A stretch of 64,000 nt of DNA from Candidatus Hydrogenedentota bacterium (GTDB lineage: Bacteria > Hydrogenedentota > Hydrogenedentia > Hydrogenedentales > SLHB01). Position 1 is the stretch's first letter. Every line of letters begins with the position of its first letter. Location of the stretch: assembly GCA_963674865.2 (NCBI GenBank), contig CAXXYE010000009.1, positions 1,888,001 through 1,952,000 of the forward strand, in the 5' to 3' direction. Shown one piece after another: positions 1 to 9,781 of the stretch. Under the pieces are notes generated by a model. That model worked only from the letters and a program-made list of their open reading frames with translations, did no database searches and was not told where the DNA came from. The translations under genes and the position numbers were made by a program.

Positions 1-164
1 ATCGTCAGGCCGCTCGTGTCTTCGCCGATGCCGTAGCCGTATACGAGGAGATGGACCTCGTGCCCCGCGTTGCGCAGTCCAAGCGCCGTGTCGCGCAGCA
101 GCACTTGGGAGCCCTGGGGCACCGGGAACGGGCACGCGCCCACCATGGCGATACGGAAGGTCAT
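1..164 (-). CDS. Glycosyltransferase family 4-like protein, N-terminal part (runs off window start)
   Basis: Manual translation MTFRIAMVGACPFPVPQGSQVLLRDTALGLRNAGHEVHLLVYG has the GHEVH GT-B N-terminal signature. Its ATG overlaps the upstream TGA (ATGA). Confidence 0.7.
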   Translation of the reverse strand, partial: MTFRIAMVGACPFPVPQGSQVLLRDTALGLRNAGHEVHLLVYGYGIGEDTSGLT

Positions 165-1735
165 TCAAAGTATCCCAAGTCGCGCAGGCGGGTCTCAATC
201 GCCCGCTCTTCCTCTGCTGAATATGACTCGCGTTCGCGCGGCGGCGGCCCCTTTACGGCGGTGCGCTCTCCTCCGAGGAGACTATGGCCATCCATCGGCG
301 GCCCGGCCACGTTTAGGGCGTCGAGCACCGTCGGCGCGATATCCTCTATACGGGCAGGTTCCCTGACGGCGGGTTGCGAGAGCAGCAGCACGCCCTTGGG
401 GCGGTGGTTGCCGTTCATGCCTTGCTCCTTGCCGCCCAGCGCCTCCTCGGGGCCGATTCTCCGGAATGAAGGCCCGCCCCGAGCCCGCAGACAGGAATGG
501 GAGTATCCGTCTTCCAGCGCCAACGCCAACACGATATCCGGCGCGCGCTCTACAAAATCCCCCGTGTATAGCTCATCACGCCGCCACGCCTTGCGAATGG
601 GCGGCCAGGCTTCGAGTCGGGCGCAGAGGTCACGGCAGAAAGCGTCGTAATCTTCGGGGGCCACTTGGCCCTCCGGCTCGCGGCCGTGGAGGTTGACGCG
701 GATCGACGGCGCGTAATTCAACTCCTCCGACCAGGCGCTTGTCGCCCGCCAATCGATTCCGTTGAAGCGCGAGCGGCCTTCGGCCCGTTCCGCCAGTCCG
801 CGAAACCGGCGGAAGAGGCCTCCCCGCCACGCCGTCGGCACGGCCCGAAGGGCCGCCTGCTTCAGGAGGCTGCCGCCCGCCCCGGTGAAGCGAAGGAATC
901 CCTGCTCGGCCAGCCAGTTGTTGAGGTGCACGACGCCGGCGCCCGCGCCGCCGAAGCCGTGATCGGATACCACCGCCACGAGCACATCTTCCCCGGCGGC
1001 ATCTGTGAGGGCGCCCACGGCCTCATCGAGCCGGGCGTACACGCGGCGGATGGCGTCTCTATGGCCGGGCAGGTGGCGGGGCGATCGCGAGTCATGAAAC
1101 AGCCAGAAATGGTGCGCCACCATGTCCGATTCGCCGAACACCACCATGAAGAAGTCCCACGGCTCCCGCGTCAGCAGTTCGAGGGCAATGGACTCTTTAT
1201 CCGAAATCTTGGCAAGCAAGGCGGGGAGTGCCTTGTCGTGCCAGGAGGGGCCGACGCGGCCCTCGTCCAAGTCGGCGAAACGCCACCGGCTCACGGCCGG
1301 GTAGAGCGAAGGGGGATATACGAAAGAGGGGTCGACCGCGTTGCACACGGGGGAGTCGAATCCGGCCACCATGAAGCCGTTCACGGGCTCGGGGGGATAG
1401 GTTGCCGGTACGCCCAGCACGCCCACCCGCTTTCCGGCTTCCGAGAGCACATTCCAAAGTGCCGGTGCGCGCCGGAAGGTGGCATTGATGAAGCGGATAC
1501 CGTAGGCGCCCGGAGTGGTTTCGGTGAAGTCGAAGATACCGTGCCGGCCGGGATTCACGCCCGTGACGCACGAGGTCCACGCCGGGAACGTTGCCGGAGG
1601 AACCGTGCTCTGTAAGGGCATATAGGCGCCCCGGGCTCGCAGACGGGCCAGATTGGGCAGCACCCCCGCGTCCATCCACGGCCCCACGAGGCTCGGCTCC
1701 GCACCGTCAAGTCCTATCAGCAGTGCTCGCGGCAT
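161..1735 (-). CDS. Alkaline phosphatase superfamily protein (type I phosphodiesterase/nucleotide pyrophosphatase-like)
   Basis: LIGLDGA, STVPPATFPAW, GVNPGRHGIFDF, SDHGFG and C-terminal RLRDLGY motifs. Confidence 0.85.
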   Translation of the reverse strand: MPRALLIGLDGAEPSLVGPWMDAGVLPNLARLRARGAYMPLQSTVPPATFPAWTSCVTGVNPGRHGIFDFTETTPGAYGIRFINATFRRAPALWNVLSEAGKRVGVLGVPATYPPEPVNGFMVAGFDSPVCNAVDPSFVYPPSLYPAVSRWRFADLDEGRVGPSWHDKALPALLAKISDKESIALELLTREPWDFFMVVFGESDMVAHHFWLFHDSRSPRHLPGHRDAIRRVYARLDEAVGALTDAAGEDVLVAVVSDHGFGGAGAGVVHLNNWLAEQGFLRFTGAGGSLLKQAALRAVPTAWRGGLFRRFRGLAERAEGRSRFNGIDWRATSAWSEELNYAPSIRVNLHGREPEGQVAPEDYDAFCRDLCARLEAWPPIRKAWRRDELYTGDFVERAPDIVLALALEDGYSHSCLRARGGPSFRRIGPEEALGGKEQGMNGNHRPKGVLLLSQPAVREPARIEDIAPTVLDALNVAGPPMDGHSLLGGERTAVKGPPPRERESYSAEEERAIETRLRDLGYFE

Positions 1736-1759
1736 GGGGCCATTGTAGTCCGGGGCGAC

Positions 1760-2944
1760 TCATCGGACAACGCTAGCCTGCAAAGGGAGGCTCTGGACAC
1801 GCCTTTGGATTGACTTCTTGAGAGAAGGATCCGCGTCGTCGAGGGTGGCTAGGAAACTCTCTAACACCCTTACAGCTTCCTCTTGGCTGCCTTGCGCCGC
1901 GCAGATACTGGCAATTCCATCAACCGCATTGTACATGCTCGACATATATTCAATGTTCGCTCTCAGTTCCAACGGCAAGTTTCTCAGGCCGTCAAGCCCA
2001 TCCCTGAAGAGTCTTAGGGCACGCGAGGACACCTCTTCTGCCGAAAGGGACATATCGACGCCGTTGATTCGACAGTAGTTTTCAAGCGTCATATATGAAG
2101 TGGCCAGGCCGATGTATTCCGCATAGACTTCGGCAAAGACAGTGCCTTCAGATTTGGCAATCTTCTCATACTCGCGCGCCTTCGCTTCCATTCCCTCCAA
2201 GTAGCCTACCTGGTATCTATCGCCTTCAAAACGTACAGTGATCAGCGCCTTCTCGACATATAGCATTCTATTCTTGGCGCGATAATCTGGGAATTCCTCC
2301 AGAAGCTTCTTATAGTAGCGTTCTGCTGTGACAAAGTCTCCAGTGCGCCTGGCACTGCGAGCTACAGTCTCGGAAAGCGCAGCCACATTCTCCGCCAAGT
2401 GGTTGTCTAGCTCATATTGCGCCACCTCAAACACGGACGCCCAATCTCCATTCGTCATGAAGTGGACGCGCATTTGGTCTGCAGCCATCCCTCGTATCGG
2501 CTTAGTAACGTTCTTGTCATCCTTGGCAATTGCATCCCAAGTTGATAACGCCCCATTAGCATCTCCACTACGATACTGCGCCAGCCCTAACTCAAGCCTT
2601 GCCGCGGAGCGTGCACAGAGAGGCCTGCTTGTATCGGAGACTAAGTCACGCAGAATAGGGATTGCCAAAGAGGGTTTCCCGATTGTCGAGAATTCTTGCG
2701 CGATCCATAGGAGAGGTCCATGGCGCCTGGGCGTCTCACTTCGTTGCATTTCAGACAGTAAGTACTCGAGAATCTCTCTGCGTTGCTCCGGCGCATATTG
2801 TCCTTCGTAGTATGCTTTGCGCTGTTGGACGTAGAACGTGCCGAAGGCGTCATCAGTTCCCGCACTTGCCGCCGGTATTGCACACAGAGAAGACAGGACA
2901 AATGCAAGCGCACAACTTGCTGAGCGGATAATATTACTTGACAT
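1760..2944 (-). CDS. Secreted TPR-like helical repeat protein
   Basis: Signal-peptide-like N-terminus from ATG 2944; TPR-like segments (LGLAQYRSGDANGALSTW, GDFVTAERYYKKLLEEFP). Visibly AT-richer than neighbours. Confidence 0.6.
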   Translation of the reverse strand: MSSNIIRSASCALAFVLSSLCAIPAASAGTDDAFGTFYVQQRKAYYEGQYAPEQRREILEYLLSEMQRSETPRRHGPLLWIAQEFSTIGKPSLAIPILRDLVSDTSRPLCARSAARLELGLAQYRSGDANGALSTWDAIAKDDKNVTKPIRGMAADQMRVHFMTNGDWASVFEVAQYELDNHLAENVAALSETVARSARRTGDFVTAERYYKKLLEEFPDYRAKNRMLYVEKALITVRFEGDRYQVGYLEGMEAKAREYEKIAKSEGTVFAEVYAEYIGLATSYMTLENYCRINGVDMSLSAEEVSSRALRLFRDGLDGLRNLPLELRANIEYMSSMYNAVDGIASICAAQGSQEEAVRVLESFLATLDDADPSLKKSIQRRVQSLPLQASVVR

Positions 2945-3119
2945 GAGAAACGTCCTCCCCATAACACGCGGCAAGTATAGCACAACCGTTGCTGCAACAT
3001 TGCTCACTTTGGCCCTTCGGGGAGAATGACAGGGAGATATCGCTACCGTCACCCCTTTCCCGGCGGGCGCTCCGCAGCGGGAGTCGCCTGTGTCGGTGGC
3101 GTAAGTTCGAGCAACTCGC

Positions 3120-3306
3120 GCGTGGTTGTCTGCGCGCGGCTCTTCTCGCGCATGATTCTGGAGGAACGGGTTTGGTGATAGCACGGGGGCGAGAGTGCTG
3201 TGAGGCGCTCTGCAAAGTTCTGCAACAGCAAGCCTGTAAGGCAAAGAACCCGTTCCGTGCGACATGCGTGCTGTCTCGTTATGCGGCTCTGAGAGAAGCC
3301 GACTAG
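3120..3306. repeat. Degenerate copy of a ~185-bp inverted-repeat element (copy A)
   Basis: Aligns by eye with 4029-4214; internal IR ggaacgggtt/aacccgttcc; ends in CTAG. Confidence 0.6.
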
Positions 3307-3875
3307 ATCTCGATGATCATCTCTTCGAGGCTGCGTTTCGGGACGTGGTGCACGCCCGAGGCGTCGCGCCAGTACTTGATGTCGGCGTTTTCGGCCAGCG
3401 GCTCGATGACGACTTGTTCCTTAGGCTTGCCTAGTGCCAGCACGAGAAGGATCTCGTACCGGGCCGGGATGGCCAGCGCTTCTCTGAGGGATTCTCGCCG
3501 GATGGCGCCGATCATGCACCCTCCGAAGCCCTTCTCGACTGCGCCCAGCATGATGCTTTGCGCCGCGATGCCGTAGCCGCAGCCGAAGTCCGACGCGATT
3601 TCGGTGTCGCCGAGGATGATGATGTAGGCGGAGGGCCGCTCGCCCTCTTCGGGCCCCGGCCAGTCCTTGAGGTAGCCCGCCCAAGCCAGGTGCTCGAAGA
3701 TTGCCGCGTTCCGCTCGGGCGTGCAGGAAAGGAGGTACTTGAGGGGCTGCACGTTGCCTCCCGAGGGCGAGAGCCTGGCCAAATCCACGAGTTCGCGCAG
3801 TGCTTCAATGTCGATGGCTTCGCTCGGTTGGAACCTGCGGTAACTGCGGTTCTTAAGGATAAGTTCTTTCATCAT
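3303..3875 (-). CDS. Nitroreductase family protein
   Basis: NRSYRRF, ARLSPSGGNVQP, GIAAQSIMLGAVEKGFGGC, VPKRSL; AAAGGGGA RBS upstream. Confidence 0.9.
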   Translation of the reverse strand: MMKELILKNRSYRRFQPSEAIDIEALRELVDLARLSPSGGNVQPLKYLLSCTPERNAAIFEHLAWAGYLKDWPGPEEGERPSAYIIILGDTEIASDFGCGYGIAAQSIMLGAVEKGFGGCMIGAIRRESLREALAIPARYEILLVLALGKPKEQVVIEPLAENADIKYWRDASGVHHVPKRSLEEMIIEI

Positions 3876-4028
3876 CACGAGTTCCCCTTTCCGCGCATTG
3901 CGGGGCGAGGCCTGGAATCCGTCTGTGGCGAGGCGCCAGGCCCATTCCAAATCCTATGAAGATCTTAGGCGAGCATGTCGCCTTGCTTCAAGGGGGGCGG
4001 CGCGGCGGACTCGCGCGAATATCTAACA

Positions 4029-4214
4029 CGTAGTTGTCTGCGCCCCGCTTTTCTCACCTGCTGTCCAACGGGAACGGGCTTGGTGGCGACAAGCCGTCGA
4101 GGAAATCATGAGACGCTCTGCCAAACTCCCTTGCGGCAGACCCTTGAGGTAACGCGCCCGTTCCGCATGACATGCGTGCAGTCTCGGTACGCGGCTGTGA
4201 GAAAAGCGGGCTAG
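4029..4214. repeat. ~185-bp MITE/REP-like element with 14-bp perfect IRs (copy B)
   Basis: cccgcttttctcac (4044-4057) / gtgagaaaagcggg (4197-4210), plus internal IR ggaacgggc/gcccgttcc. Confidence 0.65.
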
Positions 4215-4388
4215 TACTCCCCTTCGCAAGTCCAGTGACGCGTCCGACAGTCGGGGAAATCCGGTTTCCGGGCGCATTGCGGAGGCGCGGGGGCGCCCCC
4301 CTCCCTGCGAGCCGTTTGTGGCGGCATAAGTCATTGTTTGCCAAGTAATTAGGCCTTCACGCATGGCCGTCCCGGTGCATGGCGTCGG

Positions 4389-4417
4389 TTGACAAAAACT
4401 GGTCCTGGTGGGACAAT
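4389..4417 (+). promoter_or_regulatory. sigma70-type promoter
   Basis: TTGACA-N17-GACAAT with TGn extension, about 35 nt upstream of ATG 4452. Confidence 0.6.
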
Positions 4418-4451
4418 ATATGTGGTTAGAAAGGTCGAAGGTAGCCGGATC

Positions 4452-5039
4452 ATGGGTACGAACATTGGATCAGTTGCCGCTGGGCTCACGTCAGCGGGGC
4501 CCCCCGTCAGGCTGTCATCCCCTTCGGAGCGGTCGAAGTCGAGCTACCGCCCCCTGGGCGCGGCCGGCGACGACAACGAGAGCAGCGGCCCCTTCTTTCC
4601 GGGCGGCCGTGAGGCCGAGATCCCCAGGGTGGGTTTTGGCGACGGCACCGTCTCCGTCCCCGGCGCGGCCGTGAGGGCGCTGGGGCGAGGGCTCCGATCT
4701 GCCCGTCAGGTTCTGGCTACGGTTGAGGAGGTCCGCGGGCGCGTACGTGAGCGGCTCGATGAGCAGCGTGAGATGCAGACGGAGCGCCGGGAGGCGCGGG
4801 CGGAGCAGGCCGAGCAACGCCGCCAGGGCCTTAGTGTATCTCAGCAGCCGCTTGAACAGGCCCGTAACTTCATCAATAGCATCAACGAGGCGGCGGGCGC
4901 GGCCTTGGCGCGTACACGCGGCGATGATTCCGCCGAGGCCACGGGCCAGTCAACGCTCCAGGTGCGTGGGCGAGCTTTCTCCTATGTGCGCGCCCAGGAC
5001 GAGGACGCCAGCGGCTTCATGTTCAACGTGACTGCCTGA
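4452..5039 (+). CDS. Hypothetical protein with central coiled coil
   Basis: Open frame downstream of a good promoter; E/R/Q-rich helical segment; no recognised motif. Confidence 0.55.
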   Translation: MGTNIGSVAAGLTSAGPPVRLSSPSERSKSSYRPLGAAGDDNESSGPFFPGGREAEIPRVGFGDGTVSVPGAAVRALGRGLRSARQVLATVEEVRGRVRERLDEQREMQTERREARAEQAEQRRQGLSVSQQPLEQARNFINSINEAAGAALARTRGDDSAEATGQSTLQVRGRAFSYVRAQDEDASGFMFNVTA

Positions 5040-5139
5040 TCCTTCGCCGGGTGCCGGCTTGCCCATTGCGTTCACGTCTTCCTTCAGCGTAGTCTCTGAG
5101 CCAATCCACCGTTCAGGGCATATCCATGAGGGACTACGT

Positions 5140-5910
5140 TTGTCATTGATTCGCTCCGACATCTCCGCCGGATTCCGTGCGTTAGGACTGGAGGCGGGCG
5201 CGTGCCTGCTTATCCACAGTTCGCTCAGTTCCTTTGGCCATGTCGAGGGCGGGGCCGATGCCGTGATTGACGGCATCCTCGACGTCTTGGGGCCGGATGG
5301 AACACTGGTTGCGCCCACGCTTACGGGCAGCGCGGACTTGAGTCCAGAGAATCCGCCGCACATGGACTTGCGCGCGGCGCCGTGCTGGACTGGGCGCATT
5401 CCTGAGACGCTGCGTCAACGCCCGGAAGCGCTGCGCAGCACGCATCCCACCCATTCGTGCGCGGCCATCGGCGCGCGGGCCGGTGAACTCATTGAAGGCC
5501 ATCACCTCTCGCCGACGCCGTGCGGACTGACATCGCCCTATTTCCGCGTGGCGGCGTCGGGCGGGTTCATCGCCATGGTAGGCTGCCGATTGGATACGTG
5601 TACGACTTTCCACACCGTGGAGGAACTCGGCGACCTCGATTACGTGTGCCAGGCGGATGTGGCCTACGGCTCCTGCATCGACCGCCATGGCGAGCACGTG
5701 GATACGCCCTGCCGGCTCCACCGCTACGATGGCCCCGAACGCGATTTCCCCGTGATGGAGCCGCTGCTCCTCGACAAGGGCCTTATGGGGATCGGCCGCG
5801 TCGGCCCATGCGAGGTCCGGCTGATCCATGCCATGGGGCTGATCGAGACGGCCTTTGAGCGGCTCCGCTTCGATCCTTTATTTCTCACCGTTGATCGGAG
5901 GCGGCGCTAG
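5140..5910 (+). CDS. AAC(3)/YokD family N-acetyltransferase
   Basis: LIHSSLSSFGHVEGG, GTLVAPT, TGRIPE, RSTHPTHS, TTFHTVEE; TTG start inferred from a GAGGG RBS. Confidence 0.85.
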   Translation: MSLIRSDISAGFRALGLEAGACLLIHSSLSSFGHVEGGADAVIDGILDVLGPDGTLVAPTLTGSADLSPENPPHMDLRAAPCWTGRIPETLRQRPEALRSTHPTHSCAAIGARAGELIEGHHLSPTPCGLTSPYFRVAASGGFIAMVGCRLDTCTTFHTVEELGDLDYVCQADVAYGSCIDRHGEHVDTPCRLHRYDGPERDFPVMEPLLLDKGLMGIGRVGPCEVRLIHAMGLIETAFERLRFDPLFLTVDRRRR

Positions 5911-6044
5911 GCCGTTTCTCGGGGCCTACGTCAGCTTTCGGGGTCTTCCCGTCCAGAACGGTGTCCTCAAGGGGATCCCGCTCCGGCAGAAATCTTGCTT
6001 GAAGCCGCGGTTCTTGGTGGGACGCGGGAACGTGGCTCCTGTCG

Positions 6045-6519
6045 GCGGGGCGTGGGATGAGCAGTGCGGCGGCGCGAGGCCGGCGGCGTTCACGCTCGGA
6101 TATGTGCTGTCGCCCCTTCGGGGCTACGGATTGTTGGGGTTCTATGTCCGTGGGTTCGTTTCGCTCACCCACGGCTACATGCGGCCGCCCCTGCGGGGCG
6201 TGGGATGAGCAGTGCGGCGGCGCGAGGCCGGCGGCGTTCACGCTCGGGTATGTGCTGTCGCCCCTTCGGGGCTACGGATTGTTGGGGTTCCATGTCCGTG
6301 GGTTCGCTTCGCTCACCCACGGCTACATGCGGCCGCCCCTGCGGGGCGTGGGATGAGCAGTGCGGCGGCGCGAGGCCGGCGGCGTTCACGCTCGGATATG
6401 TGCTGTCGCCCCTTCGGGGCTACGGATTGTTGGGGTTCTATGTCCGTGGGTTCGCTTCGCTCACCCACGGCTACATGCGGCCGCCCCTGCGGGGCGTGGG
6501 ATGAGCAGTGCGGCGGCGC
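6045..6519. repeat. Tandem array of about 3.2 copies of a 148-bp REP-like palindromic unit
   Basis: Units start at 6045, 6193, 6341 and 6489 and are near identical; hairpins gccccttcggggc and cgtgggt..acccacg. Confidence 0.9.
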
Positions 6520-6736
6520 TCATGTTTGGGTATGCGCTGTCGCTGCGTTCGGGGGGCCGGATAGGGCATAGCCGCTCGCGCAATTGAGCTAGGCGTGCAA
6601 CCAATGAGGGGCAGCAACACCCCTTTCCATGACGCGGGGCCCGCTTCGCGTCGCCTGTTGACGTTCTTGAGGTACGGGAAGTATCCTTGATTGCAGTGAG
6701 GCAGGGCTGTTTCACACAACGGTGAGGTGCGAAATC

Positions 6737-7432
6737 ATGGCCAAGTACGAATACACGATGGGCAAGGACCTTGACTTGAAGGCCGAGCAGGAAGTCACCT
6801 TGCAGACTCCGGTGATGAAGGCCAATATCATCCTTCGCTCGATGTACTTGATGATGGATATCCTGTACGGATTCAAGCGGACTTTGCCGAAGTTCAAAGT
6901 CATCGAACTCTTGGCGCGTCAGCCCTATTGGGCCTGGGAGCTTGGGGGCTACAACCTGATCACCCGGAAGTACGCGAGTCCGAAGTTCACGAAGAAAGAG
7001 GATACCGATTACGCCCTTCGGCACATCGATATGGGCCGCAAGTCGCAGGATAACGAGCAGTGGCATCTGACGATCATCGAGGACATTATGCGTCAGCAAG
7101 GCGTCGAGCAGGGCTGGATCAAGGGGACGCTCATGCCGCGCCTGATGGTGCTGAACTACATCTTGCTCGAGAAGGTCATGTACCGCTTCAAACCGGAGTG
7201 GTCTTTCGCGATGAACGCCCGGTTCGAGTCCCACGCGGAGCACGAGTATATGCACCTCGTGCAGGAGCATCCCGAGTGGGAAGATCAGGCCGTCGAGACG
7301 GCCTATTTCGAGCGTTATCCGCGGCAATCCTCGATGGCGAATCTCTTCCGTCGGATCGGGCTCGATGAGCGCGATCACATGACGGAGTCCAAGGAAGAGT
7401 ACGAGCGTATCACGGGCAGGGAACTGACGTAG
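6737..7432 (+). CDS. Alternative oxidase/PTOX-like di-iron carboxylate protein
   Basis: Ligand pattern IELLARQPY, DNEQWH, FESHAEHEY, IGLDERDH (E, ExxH, E, ExxH). Confidence 0.7.
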   Translation: MAKYEYTMGKDLDLKAEQEVTLQTPVMKANIILRSMYLMMDILYGFKRTLPKFKVIELLARQPYWAWELGGYNLITRKYASPKFTKKEDTDYALRHIDMGRKSQDNEQWHLTIIEDIMRQQGVEQGWIKGTLMPRLMVLNYILLEKVMYRFKPEWSFAMNARFESHAEHEYMHLVQEHPEWEDQAVETAYFERYPRQSSMANLFRRIGLDERDHMTESKEEYERITGRELT

Positions 7433-7448
7433 CGTCGGGCGCGATTCG

Positions 7449-8693
7449 CTACGCGTACTGTTCCGGGGGACAGGGAAGGTCCACGCTTTCGAGTATGGGG
7501 TCGTTTGTCTCGCACATCCAGTCCTCAAGCCGCCGGGCGAGATCGTCGCGAACGTCCGCCAGATCGGGGCAATCGGCCAGGTTGTTCTCTTCCCACGGAT
7601 CCGCCTCGAGGTCGTAGAATTCCTCCCGGGGGCGAGGTTCGTTGGCATCCGGGCGCAAGGTCTTCGATGCGATGCTCCTCTTGATATCCTTCGGCAGGGG
7701 GATTCTCACTTGGTCGGTGAAACTGCGAATGTACTTGTAGCGTTCCGTGCGCACCATGCGGCAGGGGTCGAACTCGTCGTGGAAGTTCTTCTCGGAGAAC
7801 ACGACCTCCCGGGGCGTGTAAGCGCCGCCTGACAGCAAGCCGTAGAAACTGCGGCCTTGCACGTCCTCCGGTATGGGGGCGCCGGCCGCTTCGAGGAGCG
7901 TCGGCATCAGATCGATATTGCTCAACAGCTCGTTCCGCACGCCGCGGAATCCTTCCGGAAAGCGCATCACGAGCGTCGTGGCGATGCCCGGGTCGAAGAG
8001 TGTGGATTTGGCGCGCGGGAAAGCGGCCCCGTGGTCGGTGGTGAACACCACGATGGTGTCGTCGCGATGGCCCGAGGCGTCGAGCGCTTCGAGCAGGGCG
8101 CCCGCCGCTTCATCGAGATAGCGGATCGCGCCGTGGAAGCGGGCCCGCTCGAGTCGGACTTCGGGGGTGTCGGGCAGATACGGCGGCAGTTCGACGTCTC
8201 TAGGGTCGTCGAACACGTAGTGGTCTCGCTCGAAGGTGAGATGTACTTCCCCGGTGCCCGCGTTGATGTAGAAGGGCTCCGGCACCGTCTTGAGGTAGTC
8301 CGCGAGGTGGGCCACGACGGCCTTGGCGTCGTTCGACTCGGCCCACTGATAGGCGTAGCGGTTCTGCGCGCGATCCTTGCGCTCGTGTTGCAGGCCGATG
8401 TTCGCCGTGTGGTATCCCGCCTCGTTGAGGCAGTCCACCAGCGTCCGTTCGGATGGGGGCAAGTCCCAGCCTAGATTCACCAAGCCGATCAGCCCGTTGC
8501 TGTGGGCATACTTGCCCGTCATGATGCAGCCTCGGGAGGGGCTGCACGGCGTGGATGCGGCGAAATAGCGGGTGAAGCGGACGCCCTCTTCCGCAAGCCG
8601 GTCGAGATGGGCACTCGGGATAGTACGATTGCCGTAGCAGGCCAGCTCTTGGCCGAGGTCGTGGCAGATCAACTGGACGATGTTATACGGCAC
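7449..8693 (-). CDS. Sulfatase (sulfamidase-like)
   Basis: HDLG, CSPSR formylglycine motif, TTDHG, EFYDLEADPWE. Confidence 0.9.
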   Translation of the reverse strand: MPYNIVQLICHDLGQELACYGNRTIPSAHLDRLAEEGVRFTRYFAASTPCSPSRGCIMTGKYAHSNGLIGLVNLGWDLPPSERTLVDCLNEAGYHTANIGLQHERKDRAQNRYAYQWAESNDAKAVVAHLADYLKTVPEPFYINAGTGEVHLTFERDHYVFDDPRDVELPPYLPDTPEVRLERARFHGAIRYLDEAAGALLEALDASGHRDDTIVVFTTDHGAAFPRAKSTLFDPGIATTLVMRFPEGFRGVRNELLSNIDLMPTLLEAAGAPIPEDVQGRSFYGLLSGGAYTPREVVFSEKNFHDEFDPCRMVRTERYKYIRSFTDQVRIPLPKDIKRSIASKTLRPDANEPRPREEFYDLEADPWEENNLADCPDLADVRDDLARRLEDWMCETNDPILESVDLPCPPEQYA

Positions 8694-8738
8694 GTCTCAT
8701 CCCTCGATGGCTCGCGGTAGACAACGGGCGGCTTGGGA

Positions 8739-9569
8739 TTAGAGGCGGCTGATGACGCGGCGGAGGTACGCCACGGACTTGCGGATATCCTTGGCCTGCT
8801 GCGGGCCGGAGATCTCGCGCTCGATGACGACCTCGCCCTTGAACTTGAGGCTTTTCAGGCGGCGCAGCAGCTTTGGCCACTCCACCTTGCCTTTCCCAAT
8901 CGCCACTTCCTTGCCTAGCTCCCGGCCGTTTGTGGGATACAGGCCGTCCTTGGCGTGAAGGTTCTTGACGTATTTCCCGAAGACGTCGAGGGAGTCCACA
9001 GGATTGGCCTTGCCGTACAAGACACAATTGGCGGTGTCGAGGTTGATGCCAAGGTTGGGAAGGCCCATGTCCTCAATGGTGCGCAGCAGCGTCACCGGCG
9101 TCTCCTGGCCCGTCTCGAACCAGAAGCCAATCCCGAGCTTGTTGCAGTGGCCGGCGACGTCTTTCAGGGCCTCGATGGTAGGCGGGTACAGGCGGTCGGA
9201 CGGGTTCTCGGGGATGAAGCCGACGTGCGTGATGATCGCGGGCGCGCCCGCCGCCGCGGCGAATTCGGCGCCCTTCTTGAGGTCCGCGACGCGCCGCTTC
9301 CGGGTGCGCGGCGGCACCAGGCCGAGCGTGCCTGGGCCATCGATGAAGTTCCACACGCATTTGCCTGAATAGCCCGCCCATACGGCTGCGATGCTTACGC
9401 CGGCCGCCTTGGCCTGGGCCTTGATCTCTTTCGCCCGCGTCTCCGACCACGTCGTCGGATCCCAATTGCAGAGTTGGCATGTTTTCAGGCCGAATTCCGC
9501 TACGTGCCGGAAGGGATCGTTGTCTTTCTTGAGACTCGTCAATACGCCGACTTCCATCTTTGCCATCAC
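8739..9569 (-). CDS. Sugar phosphate isomerase/epimerase (xylose isomerase-like TIM barrel)
   Basis: FETGQE, NLDTAN, HAKD, GKGKVEW, IERE metal-binding motifs. Confidence 0.85.
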   Translation of the reverse strand: MMAKMEVGVLTSLKKDNDPFRHVAEFGLKTCQLCNWDPTTWSETRAKEIKAQAKAAGVSIAAVWAGYSGKCVWNFIDGPGTLGLVPPRTRKRRVADLKKGAEFAAAAGAPAIITHVGFIPENPSDRLYPPTIEALKDVAGHCNKLGIGFWFETGQETPVTLLRTIEDMGLPNLGINLDTANCVLYGKANPVDSLDVFGKYVKNLHAKDGLYPTNGRELGKEVAIGKGKVEWPKLLRRLKSLKFKGEVVIEREISGPQQAKDIRKSVAYLRRVISRL

Positions 9570-9640
9570 TTCGCTCTCCTTAGACTAACGCCCGCGTTGC
9601 AGGGATCTTGAAACGGCCCTACGCTCACGGCAGCGCCCTT

Positions 9641-9781
9641 TTAGTCGCCCTTCTTCCCCGTGAAGGGGCTGCGGATGATGTGCCCGCCGCGCTTGAGGTC
9701 GTGGCCCATTCCTTTGAGGGTGCCGCAGCCTACCAGGGCCAGACACAAAAGCAAGGCCGCTGTAATCCGTAGCTTTGACAT
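9641..9781 (-). CDS. Entericidin EcnA/B family small lipoprotein (46 aa, not in ORF track)
   Basis: MSKLRITAALLLCLALVGCGTLKGMGHDLKRGGHIIRSPFTGKKGD: LVGC lipobox followed by the C-x-T-xx-G-x-G-x-D-xxx-GG entericidin pattern. Confidence 0.75.
   Translation of the reverse strand: MSKLRITAALLLCLALVGCGTLKGMGHDLKRGGHIIRSPFTGKKGD

Noticed and set aside
5140..5910. Acquired aminoglycoside resistance gene
   Set aside because: Host-like composition and no integron or transposase context; the family includes many non-resistance YokD-like members.
6045..6519. CRISPR array
   Set aside because: Whole 148-bp units repeat with no unique spacers, and there are no cas genes in the window.
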